A program made the position numbers and the translations under genes. The notes under the pieces are model-generated. The model did not search any database, had not been told where the DNA came from, and saw nothing but the letters and a program-made list of their open reading frames with translations. Source: Podarcis vaucheri (lineage: Eukaryota). Taken from it: a stretch of 64,000 nucleotides of DNA. Location of the stretch: the NCBI GenBank assembly GCA_965113315.1, contig OZ220367.1, one strand, 5' to 3'. Below are positions 37,619 to 50,800 of the stretch, in pieces (the first letter of the stretch is position 1; every line of letters begins with the position of its first letter).

Positions 37619-38119
37619 TTTGTTATTTAAAGATCTGTTCTGAGGTCGTAGCTCTCAATCATAACAGCTGAGACTTGCTTAAAGCTGTCAGTCTCTCCAC
37701 AGAAAAAGGAATATGACAGAATAGAATGGGTTCAAAGCCTACTATAATTTAAATTTCCCCCAAAGAGCCATCCGGGCAAGTTTGAAACAGGTGGGAATTT
37801 ACTGTGTTAAAGAATCACCTGAGTATATGTCTTTGGATTATTATTATTATTACCTCTGCATTTTCTCAGATTTATTGGGATGGATCTAATTAAAATCGGG
37901 AAATGTTATAGCCCATTAGAGCTACCCTGCTCTGCAAGGGAGGCTCCACTACTTTCATCTTTAAGAAGAAACTTATATGGATGGTTTTAAATGGCAGCAG
38001 ATTAAAACAGAAAAGGGGCAACTCTGAAAGAGAGAGATACTAAGATGGTATAAGTGGGGCCCTGCAACAAAATACTGCAATCTGTAGTTTTACTCTTCAG
38101 GGATCCAGCCATTCCATTC

Positions 38120-38270
38120 ATAGCTCAGATGGTGGAGCATGAGACTTTTAATCCCAGGGTTGTGGGTTTAAGCCCCACCTTAGGCAAAAAAAATTATGCA
38201 TTGCAGGGATTTGGACTAGATGACCTGCACAGTCCCTTCCAACTCTAGAGTCCTATGATTCTATGATTCA
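38120..38270 (+). mobile_element. tRNA-Lys(CTT)-derived SINE with CR1-type (ATTCTATG)n tail; not a functional tRNA
   Basis: The head tagctcagatggtggagcatgagacttttaatcccagggttgtgggtttaagccccac is a decayed tRNA-Lys. The tail is ggactagatgacc...cccttccaactc..ctatgattctatgatt. Confidence 0.82.
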
Positions 38271-39577
38271 TTCCACCCCACTCCCCAAAGCAAATCAGCA
38301 TTCCATGCCAACTGAGTACAGTCAGCCACCATTGAGCTGTTTGGCATCCCCTCACCTCCATTTGGGTGTGGGATGGACACGCTACCGTCCAATTCCAGCT
38401 ACATTAAAATCTCTCTCTCAGTTTAAACTTGCTATGAACTGGATCAGCTCTGATCTGACTGTACTGTAACATTTTGACAGCAGGGGGATATTTCAATGAA
38501 CACACCTTCATTGAAGCTTATTGCTTTTATTATTATGTTCCTGGTCAACTTCCTCACCACTACCCATGACTCTTATCAGGTGACGCCATAACAATAGGCC
38601 TAATCAAGACAGTGAAAGCTGTAGCCACATAAGAGCATCTCCAAGACACCCATAGCTAAATGGATTCTCCATGACCAGATGCATTATGGACACCTGGCTT
38701 GATCAACTAGGGCAATTCTTATGTACACACTGCACCTCAAAGCTCTGTGCAAGTAAATCTGACGAACTGCAGGTGTAGCCTGATAACCCACTGAAGAGCA
38801 AGCATCTGTTGAGTCAAAAAGCAGACACAAGCTGATGGTATGCAATTAAGATCGTGCAATGGGGTGGTTCCTGAAACAGAGAACACCTCCACAGCCAATG
38901 CAAATTCAAAAACGAATCTTGGAGGCAATCAGAAGATTGTTGGAATTAGTGTCAGTATAGATATCATTTGATTTAAAATGATGAATGATGCCCAGGAGCC
39001 TGATTCTGAATCTAGTGTAAAGGCTTTGGGGGAGAGATGCCTCCAGTGTGACAGTATTACTTCCAAAACACTGATTTCATGTTAACTCTGAAGGAAATAA
39101 GGCATTTACTCTGAGTCATCAGGAAAAACCGCTTTTCTCTATTGTTTGTATTTTACATCTGTCTCCAGCCTGTGGCACATCCATTCAATGGAAAATGAGC
39201 TCACATGTTCAAGTTAAGAGATAACCAATGTTTAGTTGGCAATAGCCAACCTGAGCTGGACTTATCAGCCCCCATCTTGACTCCCACAGCTGGACAACCG
39301 CCTGAGGCAATAAATCAAGACATCATGGACCACTGTCATCTACAGACATTTGGCAGTCCCCGTTTCAGACATTTAGGTTATCATGCACAACTATAATTCC
39401 CAAAAGGATAACACTATCTAAATTCAACTAGAATTCTTAAGCAGCTCATGCCAGCATATGTTGTTCTGAATTCAGAATTCCACAATGATTTTCTAGCATA
39501 GAGAAGGCCTCAGTAAAAGCAACAACACCAAAAGATTATTGACCCTTACGCCTAAATAACAAACAGAAAGGAGCATA

Positions 39578-40083
39578 CCATATTTTTCGCTCTATAGGAC
39601 ACACCCGACCATAGGACACCTTGTTTTAGAGGGGGAGAACAAGAAAAAGAAAATCTCCACTTCTCTGCGCAGCGCCCCTTCAGCGAAGCAGCAGGAGAAA
39701 TGGAGCCCCTTCCATTTCTCCTCCCACTTAGCTGAAGGGGCGCTGCGCCTGAGCTTAAGGGGCACCTACCCTGCAGTGAAAGGAACCCGAAGCCTCCGGA
39801 GCGCAGCGGGAGCTCCCGCTGCACTCCGGAGACTTCAGGCGGCTATCTTTGAAGCCTGGAGAGCGAGAGGGGTCAGTGCGCACTGACCCCTCTCACTTTC
39901 CAGGTTTCAGCAAAAGCAACGCGAAGCCTCCGGAGCACAGCGGGAGCGCTCCCACTGCACTACGGAGGCTTTGCATTGCTATCACTGAAGCCAAGGAGCC
40001 TGCATTCGCTCCATAAGACGCACACACATTTACCCTTAATTTTTGGAGGGGAAAATGTGTGTCTTATAGAGTGAAAAATACGG
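39578..40083. mobile_element. TcMar-Tc2-like non-autonomous element
   Basis: TIR ccatatttttcgctctatagga / tcttatagagtgaaaaatacgg after TA. The CpG-rich interior has two copies of gaagcctccggagc(g/a)cagcgggagc. Confidence 0.8.
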
Positions 40084-40088
40084 AATAT

Positions 40089-40127
40089 CAATCAACCAAC
40101 CAACCAACCAACCAACCAACCAAACAA
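40089..40127. repeat. (AACC)n/(AATC)n microsatellite
   Basis: Read directly. Confidence 0.9.
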
Positions 40128-41488
40128 ATGTGGGGTGTGAATTAGGAGTATATGAGTACCAATGCAAATCTGCCACTTGGATCTCTATTAGGTGCATGCT
40201 GAAGTGTATCCAACACTTCTTATCTGAATTATGCTGGAAACTAATGGGCTGCACATGCACTAGGTTTTCAGAGGCACCCTTTCAAACTAGGAACCCCTTC
40301 TGTCCCACTGAAAAGCTGTTGCTGACAGTAGGAGTGCCGCAAAGCAGAAGGGAAAATATGGGCATCAGAATCTTGTTCAATCTGTGTATATGCAGGAGTG
40401 GTGCTAGTATCAGCATCCTGTATCCTCTGCCTCATCATTCCTGCACAGATCAGGGAAGCTTTCTCGTGTGCTTGCTTTAGTTGAATTGTTTGCAGCAGAA
40501 CACGAACTGCTTGCTGGCTGGGCAGACAGCCCCTTAAGCTTAGTTTGGTCAAAGTGATGAAAGCTTAAATCATAACTGCTAAATCCTGCGCATTATGAAA
40601 TCTCAATTTGTAAGTTTCACTCTACTGGAAAGAAGAATGGCTCAAAGGTTGTAACATGGTGTGAAAAATACAATGAATGTGGCATTTAAGGAGAAAACTA
40701 TAGTTTTACATTGGATAAGCATGATGAAGGTTAACAAGTTATGCAACATCTGGGAAGAGGGCTTATACAAATATTTTTAGCCGTTTTAATAGACTAAGGC
40801 AGAAATCCTTTCAGGGAGAAAGTTGTATTGAATACATTACGTAAGATGGCACCCCAAATGGCCAGATTGTTAGAAATAACTTCAAAGGCTATCTTGACTT
40901 CTCTTCATCACTACTCCATATTTTATCTTACTTTGCTGCTGTTTTTTGTGTGTAAACTACCCACTTATTTGAATATAAAATCTGGAACAATGTAAGGGCC
41001 AAGATTTAAGGCGTGTCATTAACTTGATGGCTCCAACTTGACAGACTTGCCTAATTTCACTTTCTAATAGCATTTGCCCAGAAGTGTTGGAGAAAGGCAA
41101 ATAAAATTTCCTTCTCATGAGCTTCCAGCTAATGCATATGTTACTTTAAACCACAAGAGAGCACTGCTTCTCTAGCAATCTAGCCAACACTTGTTTGTAA
41201 CTCTCTGTCTAAGTTAACTCCAACCCTAAAAGCTGAGCCATTTTTCTCTCTCCCTACTTGTTGAGAAAATATGTCTTCTATTCTCTCTCATCTCTACAGT
41301 AAATAGTTCCTGCATGAATAAAGCCTCTGAACACCAAAAACTGTAACAGAAGCAGAACTTTCCAAAACTTAGCACATTGGAATCATATACATCCTTACTT
41401 CAAAGCAAAACTCAAAGAATACTTTTAATGCTTGTATTATCAGCTGATTAGCTAGACTTTTTTTTAGCCTTCCTTAGTGCTTAAATGA

Positions 41489-41843
41489 GGGACGCGGGTG
41501 GCGCTGTGGGTAAAACCTCAGCGCCTAGGACTTGCCGATCGCATGGTCGGCGGTTCGAATCCCCGCGGTGGGGTGCGCTCCCGTCGTTTGGTCCCAGCGC
41601 CTGCCAACCTAGCAGTTCGAAAGCACCTCCGGGTGCAAGTAGATAAATAGGGACCGCTTACCAGCGGGAAGGTAAACGGCGTTCCATGTGCTGCGCTGGC
41701 TCGCCAGATGCAGCTTGTCACGCTGGCCACGTGACCCAGAAGTGTCTGTGGACAGCGCTGGCTCCTGGCCTATAGAGTGAGATGAGTGCACAACCCTAGA
41801 GTCTGGCAAGACTGGCCCGTACGGGCAGAGGTACCTTTACCTT
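41489..41843 (+). mobile_element. Full-length Sauria SINE (subfamily 1)
   Basis: Starts gggacgcgggtggcgctgtggg, has B-box ggttcgaatccc, ends gtacctttacctt. TSD gtgcttaaatga / gtgcttaaataa. Confidence 0.94.
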
Positions 41844-43025
41844 GTGCTTAAATAAGAAGTTCTGCTTTAGTTTTATTATTGTTGTTTTAGTATATTTAGT
41901 TTTTGATGTTTTCTGTACATTGCTCAGAGAACAACAGCTATTTGGTGTACCCAATGTAGTGAATAAATTTAAATAAATTAGAGTTGGGTTAACTCCCAAG
42001 TAAACAAGCACAGAATCAGGCACTCAGATCAGATGCAAACCAAAGAAAGTCAACTAAAGCTACCAATACCTGCATGTGATTACTATTTCACAACCATAGA
42101 TATGTTAGCTAACTGCACAGGCATTAAAATGACACAACAGGCTTTGTTCTATGGGACAAATACCAGAGTGATTACATTTCAGCTTAAATTAATTTCAGCT
42201 TTTGTGTTCTCTGTTACTTCATTATGGAATAGATGCAGCCCAGATTTATACTCAGTGAACAAAGCAAAACAAATAAATATATCTAGCTAGCTAGCTATTT
42301 AAATATGTTTTTTGCATTCAACTGTGGCAGGAAATGCACAACCTAATCTGAGCATTATGGGCTGGAGAAATATTCCCAATGACGATAGTCTTATGTCAAA
42401 TGGGCTTTATTGCAGATGCCATCTTTATATGCCATATTAAAGCAGCTCTTTCTTCTCGTTTCAAGATCTTAATCGCAGTTTGTTGCTCCAACGTTTTATT
42501 GGTTTGGAATACATGCTGTAAAATCCGCAACCATCAAATTTCCCTGTGAGCTAAAAATAAAGTGGCCATGTCAAATATGGTTAGTTGATAAAAAGTGTCA
42601 GAGTATTCTGCTTCCCTCCCCCCTTGCCTTTATACTTTGGATAACTTCCTGTTTATGTGGCACTGACCCTTGTCTAATAAAGATCTTTTACTATTCACAG
42701 TAAAGAAAGATACTGCACCAAGCTATTCCTTAATGGACAACGCTGATTACTTTTGAAAGCATTTAATACATTTCCCATATTCCAACATGAACAGATGTCA
42801 GGGACTATGCCAAGTGAAATTTCATTTTATGCAATCTTGGCTTGTTGTACAAGAATAGCCCTTTCTCAACATGGGAAAAAATTACAGACCCAACCAATTT
42901 CCTTGACAGGGAAGAGTTACACATGTTTTCCACTCAAGAAGTGTTTTTTTCTTCTTCAACAAGTTTACAGTTTTGCCAAACCTGGAACTAATTGGGGCTT
43001 TTTCTAAAAAAGGACCCAATAACCC

Positions 43026-43027
<2 letters not shown>

Positions 43028-43059
<32 letters not shown>
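43028..43059. repeat. (GT)16 microsatellite ~120 nt downstream of the exon 7 donor
   Basis: Read directly. Confidence 0.95.
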
Positions 43060-43062
<3 letters not shown>

Positions 43063-43181
43063 ACATTGTTATTTCCTGTGTGTGTCTATGTGTGTGTGTT
43101 TGAGAAAAAGAAACACCACCCCGAACAGGGGAAAGCTAGATTACACATTTTTTTCCCCATTTAAGTTACTTAAACACTTAC

Positions 43182-43234
43182 TGTTTCATATCCTCCCAGT
43201 TTTTGAGCAGCTTGAAACATAGTCCAAAGGTTAA
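43182..43234 (-). CDS. ARID5B: ARID5B exon 7 equivalent (53 nt): (I)NLWTMFQAAQKLGGYET
   Basis: Acceptor ctctaacag|TT AAC CTT TGG and donor ACA|gtaagt. Too short for the ORF track; read by hand. Confidence 0.96.
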
Positions 43235-46200
43235 CTGTTAGAGGGACAATAAGTATTTAGATAAGCATTGCATTAACCAACTTTTTTCAAAGAAATGCAA
43301 ATCAAACAGTTTTTCTTTCACAGTGAAGCAAGAAGATAACAATCACATCTACGCACACAAAAATGTTTTTTTTTTGGGGGGGAGGGAGAAACACAAACAA
43401 TCTGCAAATGACATTTACATAATTCAAAGAGTAAACATTGGCTTTGCACATATACCATTCCTTTCTTAAAATCACAAGGGAAAACATTTCTCTGAGATAC
43501 AGTTACAGATATAAAATTTTTTTTTTTTTTTTACTGAGCTTAAATTCACTTCCAGGATATAAAACAAACAGCATAAAAAACAAAACACACGAAATAAGCT
43601 TTGCATTATATGTTCCTATATAAAACTAACATAGTTATTAGAAAGAGCATTATTTTTAAAATGTCATTTAGTTAATGTAGCAGGAAACTGGAGTGCATAC
43701 ACAAAGCAGTCCTTGATTAAACAAGTATTTACTGCCACTCAGATAAGAGACCTTGGCTGGGATCCAGAGATCCTCTTCCACATGAGGAAACAAGCTGCTA
43801 CAAGTGGAGCAGCTCATTTCATCATGAATGTAGCCTGCAGGGTGAGGAATATCAAGATGCACCCAGAGCGACCGTATCTCCCATACAACTGCACCCCAGC
43901 TTTCTCAGAGTCTAAACCATCTCAAGAGGTCTTGAGGTCTCACAGATCATGCACTGTCTTATGTGGACCTCCCAAAAGTGTTAGCGCTCCCCAATAGCCA
44001 GGCGTGTTCCTTGCAAAGTCATGCTGCCCCTGCACTCATCTATGAAACTCTTGAAAGTAGGGGAAGCCCTATGGGGAACTTCCACTGGTGGGAACATTTA
44101 TAGCCCCATGGTCCAGATCCCAGGCATGGGTGTCTTGTACATAACATCTGCCACCAGGAGTGCGTTGCCTGTTTCCTGCTATCATCCCTATTTTGCAACT
44201 AGCATAAAATGCACAGCTGTCTCTGCACTGGTTGTTTCAAACCATCCCTGCTGTTGATTGGTGCCAAACTAAGTCTCTAATGGATCAAATTTGACTGACA
44301 TGGTTAGATGGGATGGTTTGCAGAATTTTGGTTTACGCTGGCACAAACGTCCTCAAGCATCCAAAATACCAATGGTTGTGGACATTTCAGAATGCGTAAC
44401 TAAAGCTTGGTCCACTACAGAGCTGGCAAAAATGAATATCTTTAACATTTGAGCTAAGGAAGGGTGCAAATTCCATCATTCCACATGAAGTGGATGCCAT
44501 TTGTTGGCTATTGAACTCATGTCAAAGAGCTTAGCTAGAGAGATAGACATAAATCAATATATTTTGATGTGATTATACCTCCCTATATGATCATGACTTA
44601 TTTTTAAATTGTCCGTATATCTGCACTTTAATCCAATTGTCTCTTTTAATAAAGGTTTCCTTTTAAGTTTAAAGGGGGAAAGGGGCCAAGCACTTTTAGA
44701 ATCCTCTGTAATGAGAGAACTACAGAATGCAGTAAAATAGGTTCGACTGCATTTTTTTCTCTCCCTTTACCCCATCAAAGAGCTTCTCATAATGGTGCTG
44801 TATGAATTGCCTCCAAAATATTACATAAATTATGGGTGTTCCCCAGGGAGTAGTACTCATTATTGAACCACACAGCACAGCAAAGAACATTCACTGTACT
44901 TATTCAGCAACAGAGGAATTATATTATTTAAACTGGTTCTTCCTACTCATGTGTTTACACATGTCAAGGTAGACAAACACAGCGACTACTCCTGGCCATT
45001 ATATGAGCAGCTCATTTACTCCTGAGTAATCTTGCTCTGAGGAAACATGAGGCACATTGCTGAATATCAAACAAGTCAGTTTATCTCAGCTACATGTTGC
45101 AGAGTGATCTCATGGCAACGCTGGGAAATTGAGACCCAATAAATACCTGCTTTTAAAAATGTGCCTCTTTGTTAGTGACAAATAAGGGGGGGGGAATTAA
45201 CATTACACACACACACACACACACACTACATCTCAAAATGTTCTAAATAAAAAGCTTCACTGAACCTTGCACTCTCCCTGAGCTATCAAGAGCTTTGCTC
45301 GGGCCTTGATTTAATCGGAATCAAATGCATAATGCAACAAAGCTGTTCATAGTACATTAATTTTACTTCTATTTCAAGCAGCCGGTTTTTCAGGCAAACA
45401 TTGTAATCATTTTGGAGTTATATAAGTTTATAATGACTGCTAGAGGTCTGTTGCAATCAGTGTCAATTGCTATTAGGTATGTAAATTGTTATGTAAAACA
45501 TAGAGGTTTGACATTCTTCATCAAAATAACATACACATTTAATCTGGGAAGATAGGTTTGAGAAAGTCATATTTCCATGTAAGGCATTCCTCCCTTTATA
45601 ATAATTTAGATACCTTATAGGTTATTAAAAGCACACCTTTCATCGTTTGCGATGTTCATTCTTCCATGCTATAGAATGTTTATGCAAAATTTAATTACAG
45701 TTGCATGTTCTCTATCAATTGTTGCTTTTATAAGCACTGACTCAAAAAGTGCTCTTTCCAAAGCAATCCTTAGCATTGTGCTATGATGTCTTTAAACAGA
45801 TCTTGTCTATTTTTATACTCTGTGACCTCCTTCACCTACTTTCTGGCCACCTTTAGATGCCTTCCTTTTATATCTGTGGGACTCCCCCCCCCCGAAGGAA
45901 CATCTGGGTACAATAAAAGTATGTCGTATTATTAATTCAAGGGAAGACATTAGCTGCAGTATTTATCAAAAGGAGAGGGAGAGCAGGAACCTTTTTAAAC
46001 ATGCCAGGTTCTGAGCGCAAGCAGTGTATTTTAAAACTATAAATTTCCACCAGCAGTTGCCCAAAATGAAGAGAAACTGCAAGATAGGGGATGGAAAAAT
46101 GTATTGGTGGATATAAACACAATGACAACAACTCTCGTTTCAAAGGTCCCAGTGTGCATGTATGTACATATGTGTTTTCCTTTTTAAGGTTTTTACTGGC

Positions 46201-46583
46201 TGGCATACAAAGATCTCCTCGTCGTGCCTATGGGAGCTTTGGGATACTGTTTCTCAAACAGCATTGTTCCCCCCCCCCACCTCCCAAATCCACACGGCAA
46301 ACCACTTTGAAAACCGAGAAGACTTTTAAAAGTCATTTGCTTTATGGCATTGGTGGTGGGGTTTCTGCTCAAAGGGCGGGAGGGGAAATCTCAATGCCTA
46401 TAAAGCTCTAGATCCTGACAATTAGTTTTATAGTAAATGTACAGTGCAAAAGAAGAGACAAAGAGAAAGCTAAAGAGGGCCATATCTGCCCACAAAGTTG
46501 TCCCACCTTATCAAGCCGATCAACCCCAGAAGCCAAACTGTTCTAAAATGTCAAACCAAAAATGCAATGAAAATTCTACTTAC

Positions 46584-46788
46584 TCTGCTTAAAACCAAGG
46601 TACGGTATTCGTTCAATTGGTGTTTTTCTTTCTTTCATATATTTATAAAGTGCCACAAGGAATGCCTGTTCATCCGCTCTGCATTCTTCACCTACAGAAA
46701 CCTTTGATTTATCCTCGCTTGAGCCCTTTTTACAGTTGCTGTTGTTATTTTTGGTTTTGTGCAAAGGCAATTTAGCCTCACATTTTAC
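46584..46788 (-). CDS. ARID5B: ARID5B exon 6 equivalent (205 nt): VKCEAK...ADEQAFLVALYKYMKERKTPIERIPYLGFKQ(I), start of ARID domain
   Basis: Acceptor cttttcttccag|GTA AAA TGT and donor CAG A|gtaagt. The peptide matches ARID5B, including the ERKTP lysine equivalent to human K336. Confidence 0.97.
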
Positions 46789-47202
46789 CTGGAAGAAAAG
46801 AGGAGATGCCAGATTAGATCTTGAAAACTGCCTGCTCCAGCTTTCATTCCCATTTAAGAGATGACCCCCTTCTGCTCCATCACGCCCTCTCTTTCTCAGA
46901 AGGCCAACAACAACATTAAAGCTCTTTCTCTGTGTTTTAGGTGCAATATTTCCAAACTGTTGCATCTCGATTTCCCTACTTCCTTTGCCTCTCATTCTTT
47001 GCCTCCACTCTGTGTTTGTTTAATTCTTTGGACAAGTCAAGAACCTAAAGAGAACATGAAGCCGTGTCTTCTCTCCTTTAAGTTATTGCTCTGTGGTTTC
47101 CTGGCCCAACCTCATGCCATTTGCTTTTTGAGTCTTCCCTGTTGTATCTAGGTCTCCGCTGCAGCCTGCCGGATCCCTAGTGCTGCTTACCCCTCCCTTA
47201 TA

Positions 47203-47444
47203 CAGTGGTACCTCGGGTTACATACGCTTCAGGTTACATACGCTTCAGGTTAAAGACTCCGCTAACCCAGAAATAGTGCTTCAGGTTAAGAACTTTGCTT
47301 CAGGATGAGAACAGAAATCGTGCTCCGGCGGCACGGCAGCAACAGGAGGCCCCATTAGCTAAAGTGGTGCTTCAGGTTAAGAACAGTTTCAGGTTAAGTA
47401 CCAACCTCCGGAATGAATTAAGTACTTAACCCGAGGTACCACTG
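47203..47444 (+). mobile_element. Tc1/mariner MITE, family A copy 2 (inverted relative to copies 1 and 3)
   Basis: Perfect TIR cagtggtacctcgggtta / taacccgaggtaccactg with TA TSDs. Confidence 0.93.
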
Positions 47445-47653
47445 TACAGTCATTTTGTCCGCCTGTCTCCATAGAATTGTTCAAGTGAGCTGACAAGTCC
47501 AGACAAGGTGGGGTCTGTCTCTCTACCGCATGTATAGCGGTAGATACCTTTTAACCACTTTTATATTTTGTAGTAAATATTACAAACCCTTGATTTTCAC
47601 CCAGGGCGGAGTCTGTGCTCTATTGCTAGCTCCCTCCCCTTAATAATAGCATG

Positions 47654-47853
47654 CAAACTTGAATAAAATATTGGGGGGAGGGCAGGTAAGCCCAACCCCA
47701 CATAATTGATCACAAGACTTGGCACACACACTCCATTTGAATGGCAATGCCTATAAACTGCATGGGGTGGGGTGCTGACCCTCTCAAATGTTTTTTTTTG
47801 TTTTTTTTTAGGGGGGCTGAAGGGATCTTGGCCCCTAGGAGTTGGCTCCTATG
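47654..47853. mobile_element. Degraded hAT-type element
   Basis: Right end gcccctaggagttggctcctatg. Possible TSD atagcatg / ttagcatg. Confidence 0.5.
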
Positions 47854-50800
47854 TTAGCATGTGTCATGACTCGGCTCAAGATCTTAAGAAAGATGTTTGG
47901 GTGGGATACATGTATTTGCGTGACCAAGGGCACAGTGTCACTGAACAGACAAGGGCATGTTTTACAACAGGGAATTTCATAAACGTTAGGAGTTTTTGAG
48001 TTCTGGGCACAGTACTGTGCCTAAGATTTCAGATTAACTTCCAAGAGATCACTGCAGCGTCAGGCAAGCTGATAGGTTCTGCCTCTCAGCTGGCCTTCTG
48101 GAAAGAGCGTTTCGCTCTCGGCGGCCTCAAAAATGAACGTAAAATTTTAGCTGCAACTCATTCATTTTCAGCTTTATATTCTTGTTGTAAAAATGTGCAC
48201 CTATAACCTAGGTTTAAGGTGCCGTTTAGCTCCTAGGTTTCATACCTCAGTTTCTAATACTGCCCCAAAACAACCCAGCCGCTCTATTTGGAATATTTCT
48301 GACAATATGTCCGGTGACGAACACTCTTTGCCCAACCTGATTTAGGTTTACTGGGCTACCAAGCAAAGAAAATAAAATTGAATGCCAATTCTGGCAAGGT
48401 TTATTTATTTATTTGGGAGACAAGTGACACAATTCTGGGTTTTCTTTTGTATGCAAACCTTCCATAAAATCAAACTAACTGAATGTCAAGCCTCCATTAT
48501 GCATTGCTGATATCATTTTTTTAAAAAAATAAATTTATTAGCTAGCCATGCTGCTTTGTAATGGTTTTGTAATTCAACCACTTGGGGTGATTGCATGTAA
48601 TAAAACACTCTTGTTAGAGAAGATAAGAGTTGCATGATCCATTTTGGATATACTTTTTAAAATGGTTGCTATGTAAAAGAGACCTTTGATGACTACATAA
48701 CGTAGCAGGAAAACGTCCCTCATATGCTCAGAACTGGAGCAGTGTTTCCATAAACAAAGTGTTCAGTTTCAATGTCTTGGGGTGAGGCATGAACTGCTTT
48801 AGTTAAAATTGGACAGGGAGCAGGATACAGTATATTAATTAAGGTCAGAGTGTAAAGGAAACAGAAAATCTGCATGACTGCATTCATGACGCACAAGGCA
48901 AAAATAATGTCTTTAGATTTATTTTGAAAGGAAATTTCTAGTCCTCATGATTATGGAAAATAACTTTTTTTAAAAAAATTTGTAGGTGCAGATACTACTA
49001 AAGGCCTTTGAAACTGAGAGATTCTTTTGGGGGGCATACATCAGTTCAGGAGGGACCCAATTAGCCTCACTGAAAAATATATTCAAGGATTGGTTTATAT
49101 AAATGTTGTCAGATAGTTTGTTGTAAGTAAACAATTTTGTTGTAAGTAAATGATTTAATCTCTGTATCCATGTATATTCACACAAACTGGAGTCTTTTTC
49201 CCAGCCCAGTATAAACTCTGACCAAAACCTGAGATCTGTGAAGCTCTAGCATGCGATTTCAAACTGGTAACTCTAGTGAGCAGCTTATCGATCTGTTTGG
49301 AGCTTATTAAAGCTGTGAAGAAGGTCACTGTTATTCCCATTCGAAAAAGGGAGGTGCTGCCCTCACAATCCTTCATTTTAGAGTGAGGATTTGAAAATAT
49401 GTCTCCCATGTTTAGCACCCCAGCCCAAACCTGTTTACACAAGGTCAGTACAACTGAAACCAGTGTGATATAATTTGATACACATGTTGGATTGAAGTGC
49501 AAAGCTGTAATTAAACACTCTCCCTTTCATGTATTTAAAAATATATCCTTATTACTCTTTTTAGATAGTCCAGTATTAGGAATAGCATTTTACATGCGCT
49601 AGTTTTGTGGGGAAAGGCATTTTTTTAAAAAAATAATCAGTGGTGTAACCCATGAAACACAAAATACCTTCTAATCTCTTATCAAATAACCCACCTCCAC
49701 ACAACACACACTGTCTTTCTGGCATGCAGAGTGGGGTCTACCAATTTCATTACCTGGAAAGTATTTCTCATTTGAAGTTCATATTCCATCACATGTGTTT
49801 TTAATTGTAGACCAAAAAAATAAAATACAGTTTTTGCAATTAAGATTTACATACTGCTCTATCTCCAGAAAACAAAACAAAAGATTTGGATCCCTTGATC
49901 AGGAAACTTAAAAGTACAACTCCCTCCATCTATGTCCAGTCTTATTTTTCATACAGTTCAATAAAAACATCAATGTACATGGACAGCTTAAATATACCCA
50001 GTAAATCAAGGTGGGAAATAACTAAATGAAAGAAAATTAATGTCAAGGCAACGTGTTCTGTATGACAAATGAGGTAATAACTGAAACAAAATATATGAAA
50101 ATATCATGTTCATTCCTTAATAGCAGTGATGTCAATATGTTCAAGGACATCAAATAGCCAACAGACTCCTACAGTGTACCCATTTTACGTGAATTACTTG
50201 GCAGTCAATTCCATTTACTTCTGCTGGACTTCCTCCTAAGTAAGCATGCATCGACTCAGGCTGCATATTTTTGGATGTGGCCATTCCTTAACAAAACGAC
50301 AAATGACTCTTATTGTATTTCCAGGGGCAAGCCTCATTTGCAGAAATTCACCACCGTGGGAAATACAATAGAAAATTGCCACTGTGACCAATGAATAACG
50401 TCGATTTTGGGGAGCCGGGAAAGAGATTGGTTCTGGCTTAGATTATGCTAGTAAAAATTTTGCACATATCCACAGTTTACATCATCAATGATCAGCATGT
50501 CTCCCAGAGTTCTTATTCAGTCTTCTTGGAACCACGTCAATAGGGATTTGCATGGTTTGGGCTATTTGGGTTGTGTGGTAGCTGGAAGGCACAAAGCTCT
50601 GGACCAAGGCACAAACCATGGAAATTAAGACGGCCTCTTCTTGGCCACATTTTCTATACAGCACTCGGCTCAGTGTATCTTGCTGATAGCTGCCAGATCT
50701 CAATCTCCTCTTTATTATCTTTCACTACATATGGCGTTCGCTGAGTGTGTGCATGTAACCTTTATGCAGCCACTTTGTAGTAGAGATCTCTATGCCTCAC

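Noticed and set aside
38120-38190. Possible tRNA-Lys gene
   Set aside because: The acceptor stem and B box are decayed, and it runs straight into a CR1-type tail shared with two other copies, so it is a SINE head.
46789-46995. N-terminal extension of the 139-aa ORF upstream of exon 6 (likewise the extensions around exons 5 and 8)
   Set aside because: This is intronic read-through. Similarity to ARID5B begins exactly at the splice acceptors.
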